A stretch of 64,000 bases of DNA from Candidatus Enterousia sp. (lineage in GTDB: Bacteria > Pseudomonadota > Alphaproteobacteria > Rs-D84), in assembly GCA_045614145.1 (NCBI GenBank), contig JAZLCH010000011.1:4198-68197 (forward strand), read 5' to 3'. The notes beneath the pieces were generated by a model, which worked only from the letters and a program-made list of their open reading frames with translations, was not told where the DNA came from and ran no database searches. Of the stretch, positions 49,090 through 59,495 are shown one piece after another (within the stretch, counting starts at the first letter, position 1; every line of letters starts with the position of its first letter). Made by a program: the position numbers and the translations under genes.

Positions 49090-49161
49090 GATGATAAAAA
49101 TTTAGAACATTTCGAAAAAAATAACAACACAAAAATTCCCCAAAATTATAGGGTGGTTGAT

Positions 49162-49989
49162 TTAGTCTTCGACCGCCAATATAAATATTCCGCGTTTATC
49201 TGCCTGGGCAATGACCGCAGGTTTATTCACAACAAAGCATGTTTTTGTGTTTACGACAATTCCACGCAGGTGCGCATCTGCCACCGCGTTCACCGTATCG
49301 ATCCCGATTGCTGGGATGTCTATTCTTAAATCCTGGCCTGGTTTTGTCATTTTGGCAAATACGCCACTGGATTTTTTCTTGGTCGTGCGCATACTAACGA
49401 CACGTTCCAGCATTTTTGCAGTTCCTTCGGCGGCCTCGACTGCGATAACCTGTTTATCTACGACGACAGATGCACCGATATCTGCTGCGCCTATAGTATG
49501 CGAAACCTCAATTGCGCGTTCGATATTTTTTTTGTCTGCTGCGCTTGGTTTTGCGCGTGTTTGCACACCTGCCACTTCGAATGTCAATTCGGGTGCCAAA
49601 TCCTGGGCTGCGACAATTTCGAAGCCTTGCTTTTCTAAAACGTTATTCAATGCAACTGCCATAGAATCATACCCCCGTTGATGTTTCATGATTTTCATCA
49701 GTGTTATAAAGGTCCACAAATCTGGTCGCAAATCGGTCAGGTTTGGATGCCCCAGTGAACCAACGAACACTAATTTTTTTATTCCGCGACGTTTAAATTC
49801 GCGTATTGCGCGCCCAGCGCCCCCCAGTCGTACAGTAATATCTGGGTTTAAATCAGGGTTTACAAAATTTTTCAGTCCAACAATAAACACGTCCCACCCC
49901 GCGCGTCGCAACGCGTCACGCGTAAAGAACGGCAAATCCAGTGCGCCGGCAATCAGTGCAATTTTATTATCTGTGTTTTTATTCCGCAT
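49162..49989 (-). CDS. lpxI: UDP-2,3-diacylglucosamine hydrolase LpxI (DUF1009) family
   Basis: KIALIAGALDLP N-terminus and overall similarity; start trimmed to internal Met. Confidence 0.55.
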   Translation of the reverse strand: MRNKNTDNKIALIAGALDLPFFTRDALRRAGWDVFIVGLKNFVNPDLNPDITVRLGGAGRAIREFKRRGIKKLVFVGSLGHPNLTDLRPDLWTFITLMKIMKHQRGYDSMAVALNNVLEKQGFEIVAAQDLAPELTFEVAGVQTRAKPSAADKKNIERAIEVSHTIGAADIGASVVVDKQVIAVEAAEGTAKMLERVVSMRTTKKKSSGVFAKMTKPGQDLRIDIPAIGIDTVNAVADAHLRGIVVNTKTCFVVNKPAVIAQADKRGIFILAVED

Positions 49990-50081
49990 ATTTATATGGT
50001 ACGCATAAATCAGACTGGAATCAAGTTGCAATTTATGATAAAATTTTTAACAATGAAAATATAATCATGGGTTAAACGAAA

Positions 50082-50852
50082 ATGAAGAAAATATCATATC
50101 TTGGTATAATTCTGGCGGCGTTTGGAGTTACAAATGCAAATGCCAGTTATGACGATGCAAAATTCATGCGCGAGATTGGACAGGGACTGGATTTAATCAG
50201 CGCAGAAACCACAGTTACAGAAATAGAACAGGTTGCGCCTGGGGAACTGGGGGGCGAAGTATATGAATTGGCTGGCCGTGTGTCTGACCCGGATACCCAA
50301 ATGTTTATTCCTGCATCTATGTATATGCGTATTGGTGGTGGGTTGAATCTGGGGTTTGCGACTGATGACGCAAAATTTGGTGGCCTTGAATATGAATCGT
50401 CGGGCAGTTACATGACCCAAATTGGTTTGGGATGGAATCTGTCGTCGTACGTTCGTGTGGAACTGGATTATCAAAATTCAGTATTCAAGTTTTCTGATCT
50501 AGAAAATCGTGCTGCGACCTATAACACATTTGGTGGAATGTTGTACTTTGATTTTGCGCGTCGATATATTTTGACGGGTGATGTTACATATCGCCGTACC
50601 TTTGTTCCATATATGGGTATTGGTGCCGGCTTTGGTTTATATGAATTTCAGGGTGCTGGCGGTGCGAACGGCTTTGTTATTGCGGCGCCACGTGCAGTTT
50701 TGGGGATGAATATTATGCTGACTGACTTGTTTGGTATTGACGTTTCGTATCAATATCAGATGATGATTGGTGATGGTTTTGGTTGGGATGTGCGTGCAGG
50801 TGGTGTTGATAATATCAGCAACATTATGGCATCAATTCGCATGAATTTTTAA
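50082..50852 (+). CDS. outer-membrane beta-barrel protein
   Basis: signal peptide; alternating amphipathic strands; C-terminal IRMNF. Confidence 0.55.
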   Translation: MKKISYLGIILAAFGVTNANASYDDAKFMREIGQGLDLISAETTVTEIEQVAPGELGGEVYELAGRVSDPDTQMFIPASMYMRIGGGLNLGFATDDAKFGGLEYESSGSYMTQIGLGWNLSSYVRVELDYQNSVFKFSDLENRAATYNTFGGMLYFDFARRYILTGDVTYRRTFVPYMGIGAGFGLYEFQGAGGANGFVIAAPRAVLGMNIMLTDLFGIDVSYQYQMMIGDGFGWDVRAGGVDNISNIMASIRMNF

Positions 50853-50867
50853 ATCTGGGGGAATGTT

Positions 50868-51503
50868 ATGAAGTCTAAAATTATACTGCCAATACTTTGT
50901 TTGTTGCCATCGGTTGCGGGTGCGGCGATACCATATCGCGTTGAACAGTTGCGGATGCCGGATGCCACTGTCGAAGACTTTTCTGACATAAATCGTTTTT
51001 ATATTGGTGGCGCCTATAACTTTTCAATGTGGCAGAATTATACTGACGAACATGATATCAGCGTAAACGGCAAAAATTCGTCCAGTTATGAATTTTCTGC
51101 TGGTTATCGTATCTATGACACTTTCCGTATCGAGGCTAACTATATCCGCACTGATGCAAAATGGAATGATTTGGCCTTCAGTGGTGACACTATTTTTCTG
51201 AATATGATTTGGGATGCGCGTATTGATTCTATGTACCGTCTGTTTCGCAGTCAAATGTTAATCCCATATGTCGGATTTGGGGCTGGGGTCTCATGGAACA
51301 GTGCAAAAGACGGCGCGCATCTGGATAACAAGATTGCGCCTGTTGCTGCGGCCTTGGCGGGTATTAGTGTTGAATTTAATTCAATCTTTGCGCTGGATTT
51401 TGGTTACAGATATTTTTACATGTTTAATCCAGGCACAGCAAGCATATCGGACATGAATCCATCTGCCCATCAATTCCGTATCGGTGCGCGTATCAGTTTC
51501 TAA
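50868..51503 (+). CDS. outer-membrane beta-barrel protein
   Basis: signal peptide; C-terminal RISF. Confidence 0.5.
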   Translation: MKSKIILPILCLLPSVAGAAIPYRVEQLRMPDATVEDFSDINRFYIGGAYNFSMWQNYTDEHDISVNGKNSSSYEFSAGYRIYDTFRIEANYIRTDAKWNDLAFSGDTIFLNMIWDARIDSMYRLFRSQMLIPYVGFGAGVSWNSAKDGAHLDNKIAPVAAALAGISVEFNSIFALDFGYRYFYMFNPGTASISDMNPSAHQFRIGARISF

Positions 51504-52432
51504 TGGCGAATACTTGTCCTTTTTTTGGAATATGCGGTGGCTGTAAATATGATTTTACTGCCCCTGATTATCAGGCAAAAAAGTTAACACATCTGCGCAA
51601 TATTCCAACCACAGGTGACCCAATATGGGTGCCAAACGGTGTTCGTCGTCGTGCTGATTTTGCATTTGCGCCGGGCGCATTTGGTTTTTTTGAGCGTGAA
51701 TCAAAAAATATAGTTCCTGTGCGTAATTGTCCAAATTTGGTACCTGGGATAAATGATATTTTACCATCTGTTTCTGCGTTGCCATGGTGCGGCTCAGGGG
51801 CGTGCCTGATAACTGCGTGCGATAATGGGATTGATATTGCAATTACATCGAACGTCCCATACTTTACACCTGAATTTCGCGATGCTGCAATGTGTATTCC
51901 TGCCATCAGAATCACATGGAACGACCGTATGATAAAGCAGACCGTCCAACCAGTTATTAGCTTTTCTGGCCGCACAGTGGAATATCCATCTGGTGCGTTT
52001 TTGCAACCCAGCATTTCTGGCGCAGACGCATTACGCGATTTGGTTGTATCGCGCGCCCACGGGGCGGGGCGTATTGCTGATTTATTTTGTGGTCTGGGCA
52101 ATTTTACATTTTCGCTAAATGCTGATGGGTTTGATATCGTTGGTACGGGAATGAAGCGTGATTTGTTTAAGCGTCCATTGACGGTCGGTATGCTGAATAA
52201 CTATGACTGTGTTGTAATGGACCCGCCGCGTGCTGGCGCCATGGCCCAGTGTCAAGAATTGGTGCGCAGTAATGTTTCGCGCATAATCTATGTATCGTGT
52301 AATCCGCAAACTTTTATGCGTGACATGGAAATATTAACGCGTGGTGGATATAAAAACACCGAACTAATCCCCGTTGACCAGTTTTCGGGGGCTGCCCATT
52401 GGGAATTGTTCGGTGTTTTTGAACGGGTATAA
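51503..52432 (+). CDS. class I SAM-dependent RNA (uracil-5)-methyltransferase family
   Basis: N-terminal CPFFGICGGC Fe-S cluster motif; DPPRAG. Confidence 0.55.
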   Translation: MANTCPFFGICGGCKYDFTAPDYQAKKLTHLRNIPTTGDPIWVPNGVRRRADFAFAPGAFGFFERESKNIVPVRNCPNLVPGINDILPSVSALPWCGSGACLITACDNGIDIAITSNVPYFTPEFRDAAMCIPAIRITWNDRMIKQTVQPVISFSGRTVEYPSGAFLQPSISGADALRDLVVSRAHGAGRIADLFCGLGNFTFSLNADGFDIVGTGMKRDLFKRPLTVGMLNNYDCVVMDPPRAGAMAQCQELVRSNVSRIIYVSCNPQTFMRDMEILTRGGYKNTELIPVDQFSGAAHWELFGVFERV

Positions 52433-52433
52433 A

Positions 52434-54494
52434 TTAATTACCGTTTTTTATATCTTTTATCTTCATTTGAATTATCTGAGGCATGCCTTTGTCAGAATAA
52501 TATCTTCTGATGTACTTTCGCGCACAGTCAAAACATGCCTTTCTGTAAATCGGCGCAGACATTCTTAATGTTACCGAGAATAATCCAGTAAACATAACAT
52601 CCCAGAACCAATACTTTTCGCGATACCAAATACCGTGTTTTTTGCAATATTTTATATACCGTATTGCTGCCTGCAGTGGGTCCAGGTTTGCTGCTTTTTT
52701 ATCATTCAGTCTTGATGTCATGGATTCCTTTTTATTTCGCTTGATATACAGTGCTTCTGATGTCAATGCAATTCGTTTAACCCATGCACAGTATGCGGTA
52801 TAAAAGAAATCATCTTCATTATTAACCCCGACTGGGAATTCCAGGCCTTTTTCACAAATGATTTGTCGCTTGAAAACCTTGGCGAACGTGTGCACATTGC
52901 ATGACATTTGTATTTGTTTGTTCATATCAAATGCGCCATTTGCAGTGACTTTTAAATATATTTCGTCTGGTTGTTTTTCGTCACCTTCTTCATATTTTAT
53001 ATCGGTGCTGCATGCGATGATATCTGCGTTGCTCTGCTGCAGTGCATTGAACAGTTTTTCACACGCATCTTCCTTTAAAGTATCGTTTGCATCACAGAAC
53101 ATTATGTATGGTGCGCCCGCATGCTTTACCCCGATATTTTTAGAATATGCCACACCCGACTTTTTATTATTCTTAATAATCTTGATGCGTTTATCTTTCT
53201 GTGCAATCTGTTCGACAATTTTACGCGAGCTGTCTATTCCACAGTCGTCGACGCATACTATTTCGATATCCTGTAACGTTTGCTGCGTTAACGCCGACAA
53301 ACATTCACCGATATATCGTTGGTTGTTATAGAACGGCACAATTATCGAGATTTTTGGCATCCCATCGACCAGTTTTACAGAAAAATCATCTTTTTTTACT
53401 GGTTTGTTACCTTTGTATTTGGTGTAAATTGGCAATGCACCAAACAGCTTTAATTTTGTGTATGCCTGGGTTTCTGTTATATTCAGTATACCTGCACCGC
53501 AGGATTTTTCAGATATAATTTGTTTTGCATAAATATTATAAGAATCTGGATTGTTTTTTTTCATTATGTCCAAGAAGGTTTTATGTGGAATATATTTATC
53601 AAACAGTCTGTTTGCTAATGTTCCAAACACATCGCATAATGAAATATTTGTGTCTTTTTTGTTTTTGCTAATTCTCAAGACCTTCAGCATCGTGTCTTCC
53701 ATAGGCTTTTTGTCTTCAAAACCTGCCTTGGCAATATTTTTCGCCAGCACATCCAACACGAACCAGACAATAAAGTCATAATCTTCCTTGGGCATATTTG
53801 CTGCAGTGTTTGCATAATCCATCATGTGGTTGACGATTGTGATTACAGAATCGACTTTATCCTTGCTCACGGTTGTATTAGCCGAACCCTGACGTATTAC
53901 GTAATAGTAAGACGTCGCATATGGGCAAATTGCCAAATCGTTACACAAATATGCCGCCTTAATCAGGAATGTGATATCTTCGCCCAATGTGACACCTTCC
54001 ATAAAGCGTAAATTATGTTTGTTCAAGAAATCTGTTTTATAGATTGCCGATGTAAAGTCATAACAAAAACGAATTTTTCTGCGTTTTGCATGATCGTTGG
54101 TTGGCGGGATAAAGCGATGTCCGTTTTCTATAACGGTCAGCAGGCCTTTTGCTAATTCTGCCCCAGTTTTAACGGCGTGGTTATAGATTTTCTGATAGAA
54201 ATCGATATCTACATAGTCGTCCGCATCGACAAATCCGATATATTCGCCTGTTGCGTTATCGATACCTGTATTACGTGCCACAGCCACACCCATATTTTTT
54301 TCTTGCTGGATAATGTGTATGCGTGGATCAGATTCTGCGCGCGATTTCAGTATTTCAGGCGTGCTATCGGTTGACTTGTCATCAACACAAATAATTTCAA
54401 TATCCTCCAATAATTGTTTTTGCAAGCTGTCCAGACAGCGTTCGATATATTTTTCCATGTTATAGCATGGTACAACAACAGATACCTTTGGCAT
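52434..54494 (-). CDS. two-domain family 2 glycosyltransferase
   Basis: two GT2 N-terminal signatures (VSVVVPCYNMEKYI; ISIIVPFYNNQRYI). Confidence 0.7.
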   Translation of the reverse strand: MPKVSVVVPCYNMEKYIERCLDSLQKQLLEDIEIICVDDKSTDSTPEILKSRAESDPRIHIIQQEKNMGVAVARNTGIDNATGEYIGFVDADDYVDIDFYQKIYNHAVKTGAELAKGLLTVIENGHRFIPPTNDHAKRRKIRFCYDFTSAIYKTDFLNKHNLRFMEGVTLGEDITFLIKAAYLCNDLAICPYATSYYYVIRQGSANTTVSKDKVDSVITIVNHMMDYANTAANMPKEDYDFIVWFVLDVLAKNIAKAGFEDKKPMEDTMLKVLRISKNKKDTNISLCDVFGTLANRLFDKYIPHKTFLDIMKKNNPDSYNIYAKQIISEKSCGAGILNITETQAYTKLKLFGALPIYTKYKGNKPVKKDDFSVKLVDGMPKISIIVPFYNNQRYIGECLSALTQQTLQDIEIVCVDDCGIDSSRKIVEQIAQKDKRIKIIKNNKKSGVAYSKNIGVKHAGAPYIMFCDANDTLKEDACEKLFNALQQSNADIIACSTDIKYEEGDEKQPDEIYLKVTANGAFDMNKQIQMSCNVHTFAKVFKRQIICEKGLEFPVGVNNEDDFFYTAYCAWVKRIALTSEALYIKRNKKESMTSRLNDKKAANLDPLQAAIRYIKYCKKHGIWYREKYWFWDVMFTGLFSVTLRMSAPIYRKACFDCARKYIRRYYSDKGMPQIIQMKIKDIKNGN

Positions 54495-54564
54495 GACCTT
54501 TCCCTATATGTTTATTATTAACAACAGGTATCCTAGGAAAAAGATATTTATTTTGCAATAAAAA

Positions 54565-54587
54565 AACCGCCAAACGGCGGTTTTTTT
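54565..54587. terminator. bidirectional intrinsic terminator
   Basis: accgccaaacggcggttttttt. Confidence 0.6.
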
Positions 54588-54588
54588 A

Positions 54589-54855
54589 TTATTTTGCTTC
54601 GTCTTCTGGAACGACGGAAACCGTTCTGCGGTCGCCGTTGCCCTTTTTGAACTTAACGATGCCAGCAATCTTTGCAAAGATTGTATGATCTTTACCCATG
54701 CCAACATTCAGTCCAGGGTGTACAGACGTTCCACGCTGACGAATAATGATATTACCTGGGATTACGCGTGAACCGCCAGATTTTTTAACGCCTAATCTGC
54801 GCCCTGCAGAATCGCGTCCGTTCGTTGACGCCGAACCAGCTTTCTTATGTGCCAT
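54589..54855 (-). CDS. rpmA: 50S ribosomal protein L27
   Basis: [25 protein letters not shown]... Confidence 0.9.
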   Translation of the reverse strand: MAHKKAGSASTNGRDSAGRRLGVKKSGGSRVIPGNIIIRQRGTSVHPGLNVGMGKDHTIFAKIAGIVKFKKGNGDRRTVSVVPEDEAK

Positions 54856-54867
54856 AGTTCTGACTCC

Positions 54868-55167
54868 TTACGCTTTGATTTCTTTGATTTTCAAAACAGT
54901 GATGAACTGACGATGACCGGCTGTGCGGCGATAATTCTGACGGCGTTTTTTCTTGAACACCAGAATTTTGTCAGCGCGTTTCTGTTCAACAACTTCTGCG
55001 ACAATTTTCGCACCTTCTACGAAAGGGGTACCAACTTTGTCGCCGACCATTAACACCTGGTCGAATTCAACTATACCTTCGGCATTCAGTTTTTCAACCT
55101 TGATAATATCGCCTTGTGCAACGCGATATTGTTTGCCACCGGTTTGAAAGATTGCAAAATCGCTCAT
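54868..55167 (-). CDS. rplU: 50S ribosomal protein L21
   Basis: [24 protein letters not shown]. Confidence 0.9.
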   Translation of the reverse strand: MSDFAIFQTGGKQYRVAQGDIIKVEKLNAEGIVEFDQVLMVGDKVGTPFVEGAKIVAEVVEQKRADKILVFKKKRRQNYRRTAGHRQFITVLKIKEIKA

Positions 55168-55331
55168 TTTCTTTCTCTTGTTTTGTTAATTGTTTAATAT
55201 TTTTACGCCATTTGGCGAAAAGTTTATGCAAATTTTATGTTTTTTTATATAAAAGTCAAGCATTTTGTAGAAAAAATTATGCAAAAGGCATTTTTTTTTA
55301 CGCCAAAAGATACTTTTATGCAAAAAAAATG

Positions 55332-55352
55332 CCCCGACCGGGGAATTTTTTT
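55332..55352. terminator. intrinsic terminator downstream of rpmG
   Basis: ccccgaccgggg hairpin flanked by A/T runs. Confidence 0.5.
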
Positions 55353-55380
55353 ATAAACCGAAAAAAAATCAAAGACATTA

Positions 55381-55560
55381 TTAGTGAGAAACCTTCGCTT
55401 CTGTCATGACAACATGCTTGCGCAGTTTTTTGTCATACTTGCGGAATTTCATTTTGCCCTGAGTATTTTCAGACTTAGTATTTTTTGTTGTGATATAGAA
55501 GACGCCAGTTTCGTTATTTCTCAACTGTACAACTTCTTTACTGCCTTTTTTAGATGCCAT
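55381..55560 (-). CDS. rpmG: 50S ribosomal protein L33 (59 aa, missed by ORF track)
   Basis: manual translation MASKKGSKEVVQLRNNETGVFYITTKNTKSENTQGKMKFRKYDKKLRKHVVMTEAKVSH. Confidence 0.75.
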   Translation of the reverse strand: MASKKGSKEVVQLRNNETGVFYITTKNTKSENTQGKMKFRKYDKKLRKHVVMTEAKVSH

Positions 55561-55673
55561 TTTATTCGCCTTTTATTTATTATGCGCCGATTGTATGTTA
55601 AATTTTACTGGAAATCAAGTTTTTTTTATCATAAAATAGAAAAAGTGTTTTTTTTGAATTAGAAAAAAGAAAT

Positions 55674-55758
<85 letters not shown>

Positions 55759-55793
55759 AAACTCTCCCTTATTTGCGAGTTAATATTCTTATT

Positions 55794-55948
55794 CGTCATA
55801 CCCACGCAGATGGGTGTCTATAGCGTCATCAATATCTTTGTCATTCCTGCGACGGCGGGAACAGGGGCTATTAGCTGTCACACCGTGGCGCTTTCTCGTC
55901 ATCCCTGCGCAGGCGGGGAACCATTGCCCCGCAGGGACCGCACCCCCC
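55794..55948. repeat. three degenerate about 24-bp REP-like direct repeats (gtcatNccNNcgNNNgNggg) each with internal dyad, plus trailing palindrome
   Basis: cgtcatacccacgcagatgggtg / tgtcattcctgcgacggcgggaac / cgtcatccctgcgcaggcggggaac / ccccgcagggaccgc. Confidence 0.5.
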
Positions 55949-56067
55949 AGATCATACAACCTTTGTCACCGCACAACAAATACATGGCAATCCAGTAAAT
56001 CATACCCTTTACAAAACACATTGTGTTTTGTATGATGAACTTTCATTTATCTTTTCAATCTGGCTAT

Positions 56068-56096
56068 AAAAAATCCCGCCAATTTGGCGGGATTTT
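56068..56096 (-). terminator. intrinsic terminator for gap
   Basis: aaaatcccgccaaattggcgggatttttt on minus strand. Confidence 0.6.
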
Positions 56097-56098
56097 AA

Positions 56099-57100
56099 TT
56101 ATTTGATTAATTTGCCCATTGCGACGGCTGTATCAGACATGCGGTTTGAAAATCCCCATTCATTATCATACCATGCGGTTACATGTGCCAATTTATCGCC
56201 CAAGACCTTGGTTTGCCCCGCATCAAAGATTGAACTGTGCGCATCGTGCGTAAAGTCAATCGAAACCAATGGCAAATCGTTATACCCAAATGTTTCAGAT
56301 TGGGCGTCTTTCATCGCATTGTTAATCTCATCAACTGTTGCGTCTTGGTTCAGGTTAACAACCAATTCTACGACCGAAACATCTGGTGTTGGTACGCGAA
56401 TTGCCATTCCGTCTAATTTACCCGCCAATTCCGGCAGCACCAGTCCAATTGCCTTGGCCGCACCCGTACTGGTTGGAATCATGGACAGGTTTGCTGCGCG
56501 TGCACGACGAAAATCTTTGTGATTTTTATCCAGCAATTGTTGGTCGCCTGTGTATGCATGAACAGTTGTCATCCAACCTGATGCGATTCCGAACCTATCA
56601 TTTAATACCTTGACCACCGGTGCCAGACAGTTTGTTGTGCATGAAGCATTTGAAACAATCAAATCATCCGCCGTCAAAGTATCCTGATTTACACCAAATA
56701 CAATTGTTTTATCTGCACCCGCCGACGGTGCCGATACCAGCACGCGTTTTGCCCCTGCGTCCAGATGAACGCGTGCCTTGTCTGCGGCGGTAAAGATACC
56801 AGTACATTCCATAACAACATCGATATCTAATTCTTTCCATGGCAGATTTGCCGGGTCGCGTTCAGAAATGCACTTGATTTTCTGGTTACCAACGATGATA
56901 TATCCGTCCTTTAATTCAACATTCATCGGCAGATTCCCGTGGACCGAGTCATATTTCAGCAAATACGCATTTTGTTCGGCCGGCGCCAAATCATTTACTG
57001 CAACAAATTCAATGTCGTCACGCTTTGATTCCAGTGCCGCACGCAAAACCAAGCGTCCAATGCGTCCGAAACCATTAATTGCCACTCTTATTTTTTTCAT
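56099..57100 (-). CDS. gap: glyceraldehyde-3-phosphate dehydrogenase
   Basis: MKKIRVAINGFGRIGR; catalytic SNASCTTNC; start set at internal Met with AAGGA RBS. Confidence 0.85.
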   Translation of the reverse strand: MKKIRVAINGFGRIGRLVLRAALESKRDDIEFVAVNDLAPAEQNAYLLKYDSVHGNLPMNVELKDGYIIVGNQKIKCISERDPANLPWKELDIDVVMECTGIFTAADKARVHLDAGAKRVLVSAPSAGADKTIVFGVNQDTLTADDLIVSNASCTTNCLAPVVKVLNDRFGIASGWMTTVHAYTGDQQLLDKNHKDFRRARAANLSMIPTSTGAAKAIGLVLPELAGKLDGMAIRVPTPDVSVVELVVNLNQDATVDEINNAMKDAQSETFGYNDLPLVSIDFTHDAHSSIFDAGQTKVLGDKLAHVTAWYDNEWGFSNRMSDTAVAMGKLIK

Positions 57101-57212
57101 AAATATTTCCTTTCGTTTAAATTTTATTGGACAGGACCATATTAGCACCAGAATTTTTATTTTTTCAATATTTTATTTACATTTGGGATAACTTGACTAT
57201 AATCAACGACAA

Positions 57213-58100
57213 ATGAAGCACAGTGCATATATCATTGCGGGGCCAACTGCATCAGGCAAATCAGATTTTGCCCATCGTTTGGCGCGCAAAATTAGCGGCA
57301 CAATCATAAATTGCGACAGTGTTCAGATATATCGCGGAATTGAAAACATCGCGGCCAGTCCTTTTGCCGCCCGCGAAATTACCGATAATATTGATGGTGT
57401 GCCATACCGTCTGTTTTCCTTGTTGCCGCTGACCGAACAGATATCTGTTGCAGACTATTTGAATCTGGCGCGCACAGAATATGAATTTGCCATCAGGGCA
57501 GGGCGCACGCCAATATTTGTCGGTGGAACCGGTTATTATATAAATGCATTGATTAATGGGATTTCCCCAATGCCCGATGTGTCTGACGCATCCCGCCATC
57601 GTGCGCGTGAATTGGTGGGGGGCGACCCAGATGCCGCGCGCAGATTATTACCGCCTGATTTCACCGCCACCGACCCCCAGCGCGTTGCCCGTGCATTGGA
57701 AGTGTTTTTTGAAACCGGTCGCCACATAACAGAATTTCAAAACATGCCCCGCACTGGTGCGGTTGCGCCAGATGCATGCCGTGTATTGATAAGCCCTGAT
57801 TCTGCGCTGTTGCGTGAACGGATTGCGTTGCGAATACCTGAAATGTTGTCTGGCGGCGCACAGGCCGAGGCGCAATTGGTCATTAATTCCGGCTGGGATG
57901 AAAACCGCGCGATTGGCGCATCCCAATTATGCAGGTTTATTCGCGGTGAAATTTCGGAATCAGAGTGCATACAAAATTGGATAACCAAAACAAACCAGTA
58001 TGCCAAGCGTCAGCGAACATGGTTCCGCACCCAGTATAATCCTGATATAATAATAAACTGCGCCGGTGGTACCGACGCAGATATCGATGCTATTATTTAA
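57213..58100 (+). CDS. miaA: tRNA dimethylallyltransferase
   Basis: IAGPTASGKS P-loop and family-wide similarity. Confidence 0.8.
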   Translation: MKHSAYIIAGPTASGKSDFAHRLARKISGTIINCDSVQIYRGIENIAASPFAAREITDNIDGVPYRLFSLLPLTEQISVADYLNLARTEYEFAIRAGRTPIFVGGTGYYINALINGISPMPDVSDASRHRARELVGGDPDAARRLLPPDFTATDPQRVARALEVFFETGRHITEFQNMPRTGAVAPDACRVLISPDSALLRERIALRIPEMLSGGAQAEAQLVINSGWDENRAIGASQLCRFIRGEISESECIQNWITKTNQYAKRQRTWFRTQYNPDIIINCAGGTDADIDAII

Positions 58101-58109
58101 AAACAGCCA

Positions 58110-58655
58110 TTATTTTTTACGGTACAGCGAAACTGCCACAACACCACAAATCACTTCTTTATTTTTTTCATATTTATGTGCTGCGTGCGCAATATGTTCC
58201 TGATTTAGTGTGTCAGTACGTTTTGCTTTGCTGGATACTGCAAATCGTTTTCTGGCCTGACGCGCCAACAAACCTGTGATATACGGATTTTTATCCCACA
58301 GTATCTGGATTAACTGTTTATATTCTTGATGGCGTGACATATCTGGATTTTTACGTGCAGTATATCCTGACAGGAAATCTGCAATTAATTCTATCAATGA
58401 ATACAAAAAGTTCGGATCTGTCGCGCGTGCATCTGGCAAATTCAGCATTCGGATATAGAACTTTGTTGCGCGTATAATATCTTCTTCAATTTTTGGTGAA
58501 TAATCAAATGAGGTGCGCCAAGAATTGCGCAGTTCTTGATATGTCTGGTACGAACCGCCGTGTGTTTCAATGACGTATTCTGAAATATTGCGTGTGTATT
58601 GTGCAAATTGTTCCAATACAGCAGGGCTTTTCTTTTTTTTGTTTACAGTTGACAT
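58110..58655 (-). CDS. hypothetical protein
   Basis: 181-aa ORF. Confidence 0.35.
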   Translation of the reverse strand: MSTVNKKKKSPAVLEQFAQYTRNISEYVIETHGGSYQTYQELRNSWRTSFDYSPKIEEDIIRATKFYIRMLNLPDARATDPNFLYSLIELIADFLSGYTARKNPDMSRHQEYKQLIQILWDKNPYITGLLARQARKRFAVSSKAKRTDTLNQEHIAHAAHKYEKNKEVICGVVAVSLYRKK

Positions 58656-58705
58656 TCTATCCTCTTTATCAAATCTGTATAAGTGTAGCCCAAAAAATTA
58701 GTTTG

Positions 58706-59452
58706 TCAAGACTTATGTTGTAGTTTATTATATTCGCGACGAATAACTTCGCCAATTCCAGAATTACGAACTTTTTTTGAATAATGCACACAATTTTCGA
58801 ATTCTGTTTCTAATTTGCCCCAACCTGAATATTCCCAGTCAATAATCCCGACAATTTTCATTGTTTTTTTATCGACGATTATATTGTTGCAAATATCATT
58901 GTGGTTCCATCCGTCGCCTTCATCTGTTTTCAGGTCTGCGATTTCCACAGGGTCACTGTTATGCATTGCGTTTATAAATCCAGCCAATTGTTTACCCCAA
59001 ATATCGCGATATTTTATTATTGTTTTTTCGCGCATACGGTTCAAATTTTTACCTGGTATAAAATTATATCTATAGAACGTATAGCCACCCGCATTCAGTA
59101 TATTTATTTTCAGTATATTCAGTGGCACAATTTTCGCGAATGCGTCGGTAATACGTTTTTCGCGCATAATTTTTTCTGTTGGGATTTCGCGGTCATAGTG
59201 TTTGCGAATTTTGCATACATATTTATTGTCGACGATAAATCCGATGTTCCATCCGCCCTTTATGACCTGAACGCGCTTAAATTCTGCGTGGGGCAGGGCG
59301 CAGCGCAACGCATTATATTTCTTGCGATAATCGTACAAATCTTCCCGTCTGATTTTTTCACGCAGTTTCTTATTTGGTATAAAACCAGCCAAGAAATCAC
59401 ATATTTCAAAATATAAACGCCACATAATTGCATCGCCTTTTTTTACCATCAT
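58706..59452 (-). CDS. phosphotransferase enzyme family (APH/choline-kinase-like) protein
   Basis: WNHNDICNNIIVD...IIDWEYSGWG. Confidence 0.5.
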   Translation of the reverse strand: MMVKKGDAIMWRLYFEICDFLAGFIPNKKLREKIRREDLYDYRKKYNALRCALPHAEFKRVQVIKGGWNIGFIVDNKYVCKIRKHYDREIPTEKIMREKRITDAFAKIVPLNILKINILNAGGYTFYRYNFIPGKNLNRMREKTIIKYRDIWGKQLAGFINAMHNSDPVEIADLKTDEGDGWNHNDICNNIIVDKKTMKIVGIIDWEYSGWGKLETEFENCVHYSKKVRNSGIGEVIRREYNKLQHKS

Positions 59453-59495
59453 AAATGGTATTGAATTTTATAAAAAAAACAAGTATTTTATACAC

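Noticed and set aside
49211-50008. Plus-strand ORFs of 156 and 106 aa inside lpxI
   Set aside because: Antisense shadow ORFs within a supported CDS.
55794-55948. Possible mini CRISPR array (three similar repeats with short spacers)
   Set aside because: Repeats are degenerate (not near-identical) and the spacers are only about 22-24 nt with no consistent length. No cas genes nearby. Better explained as REP-like palindromic elements.
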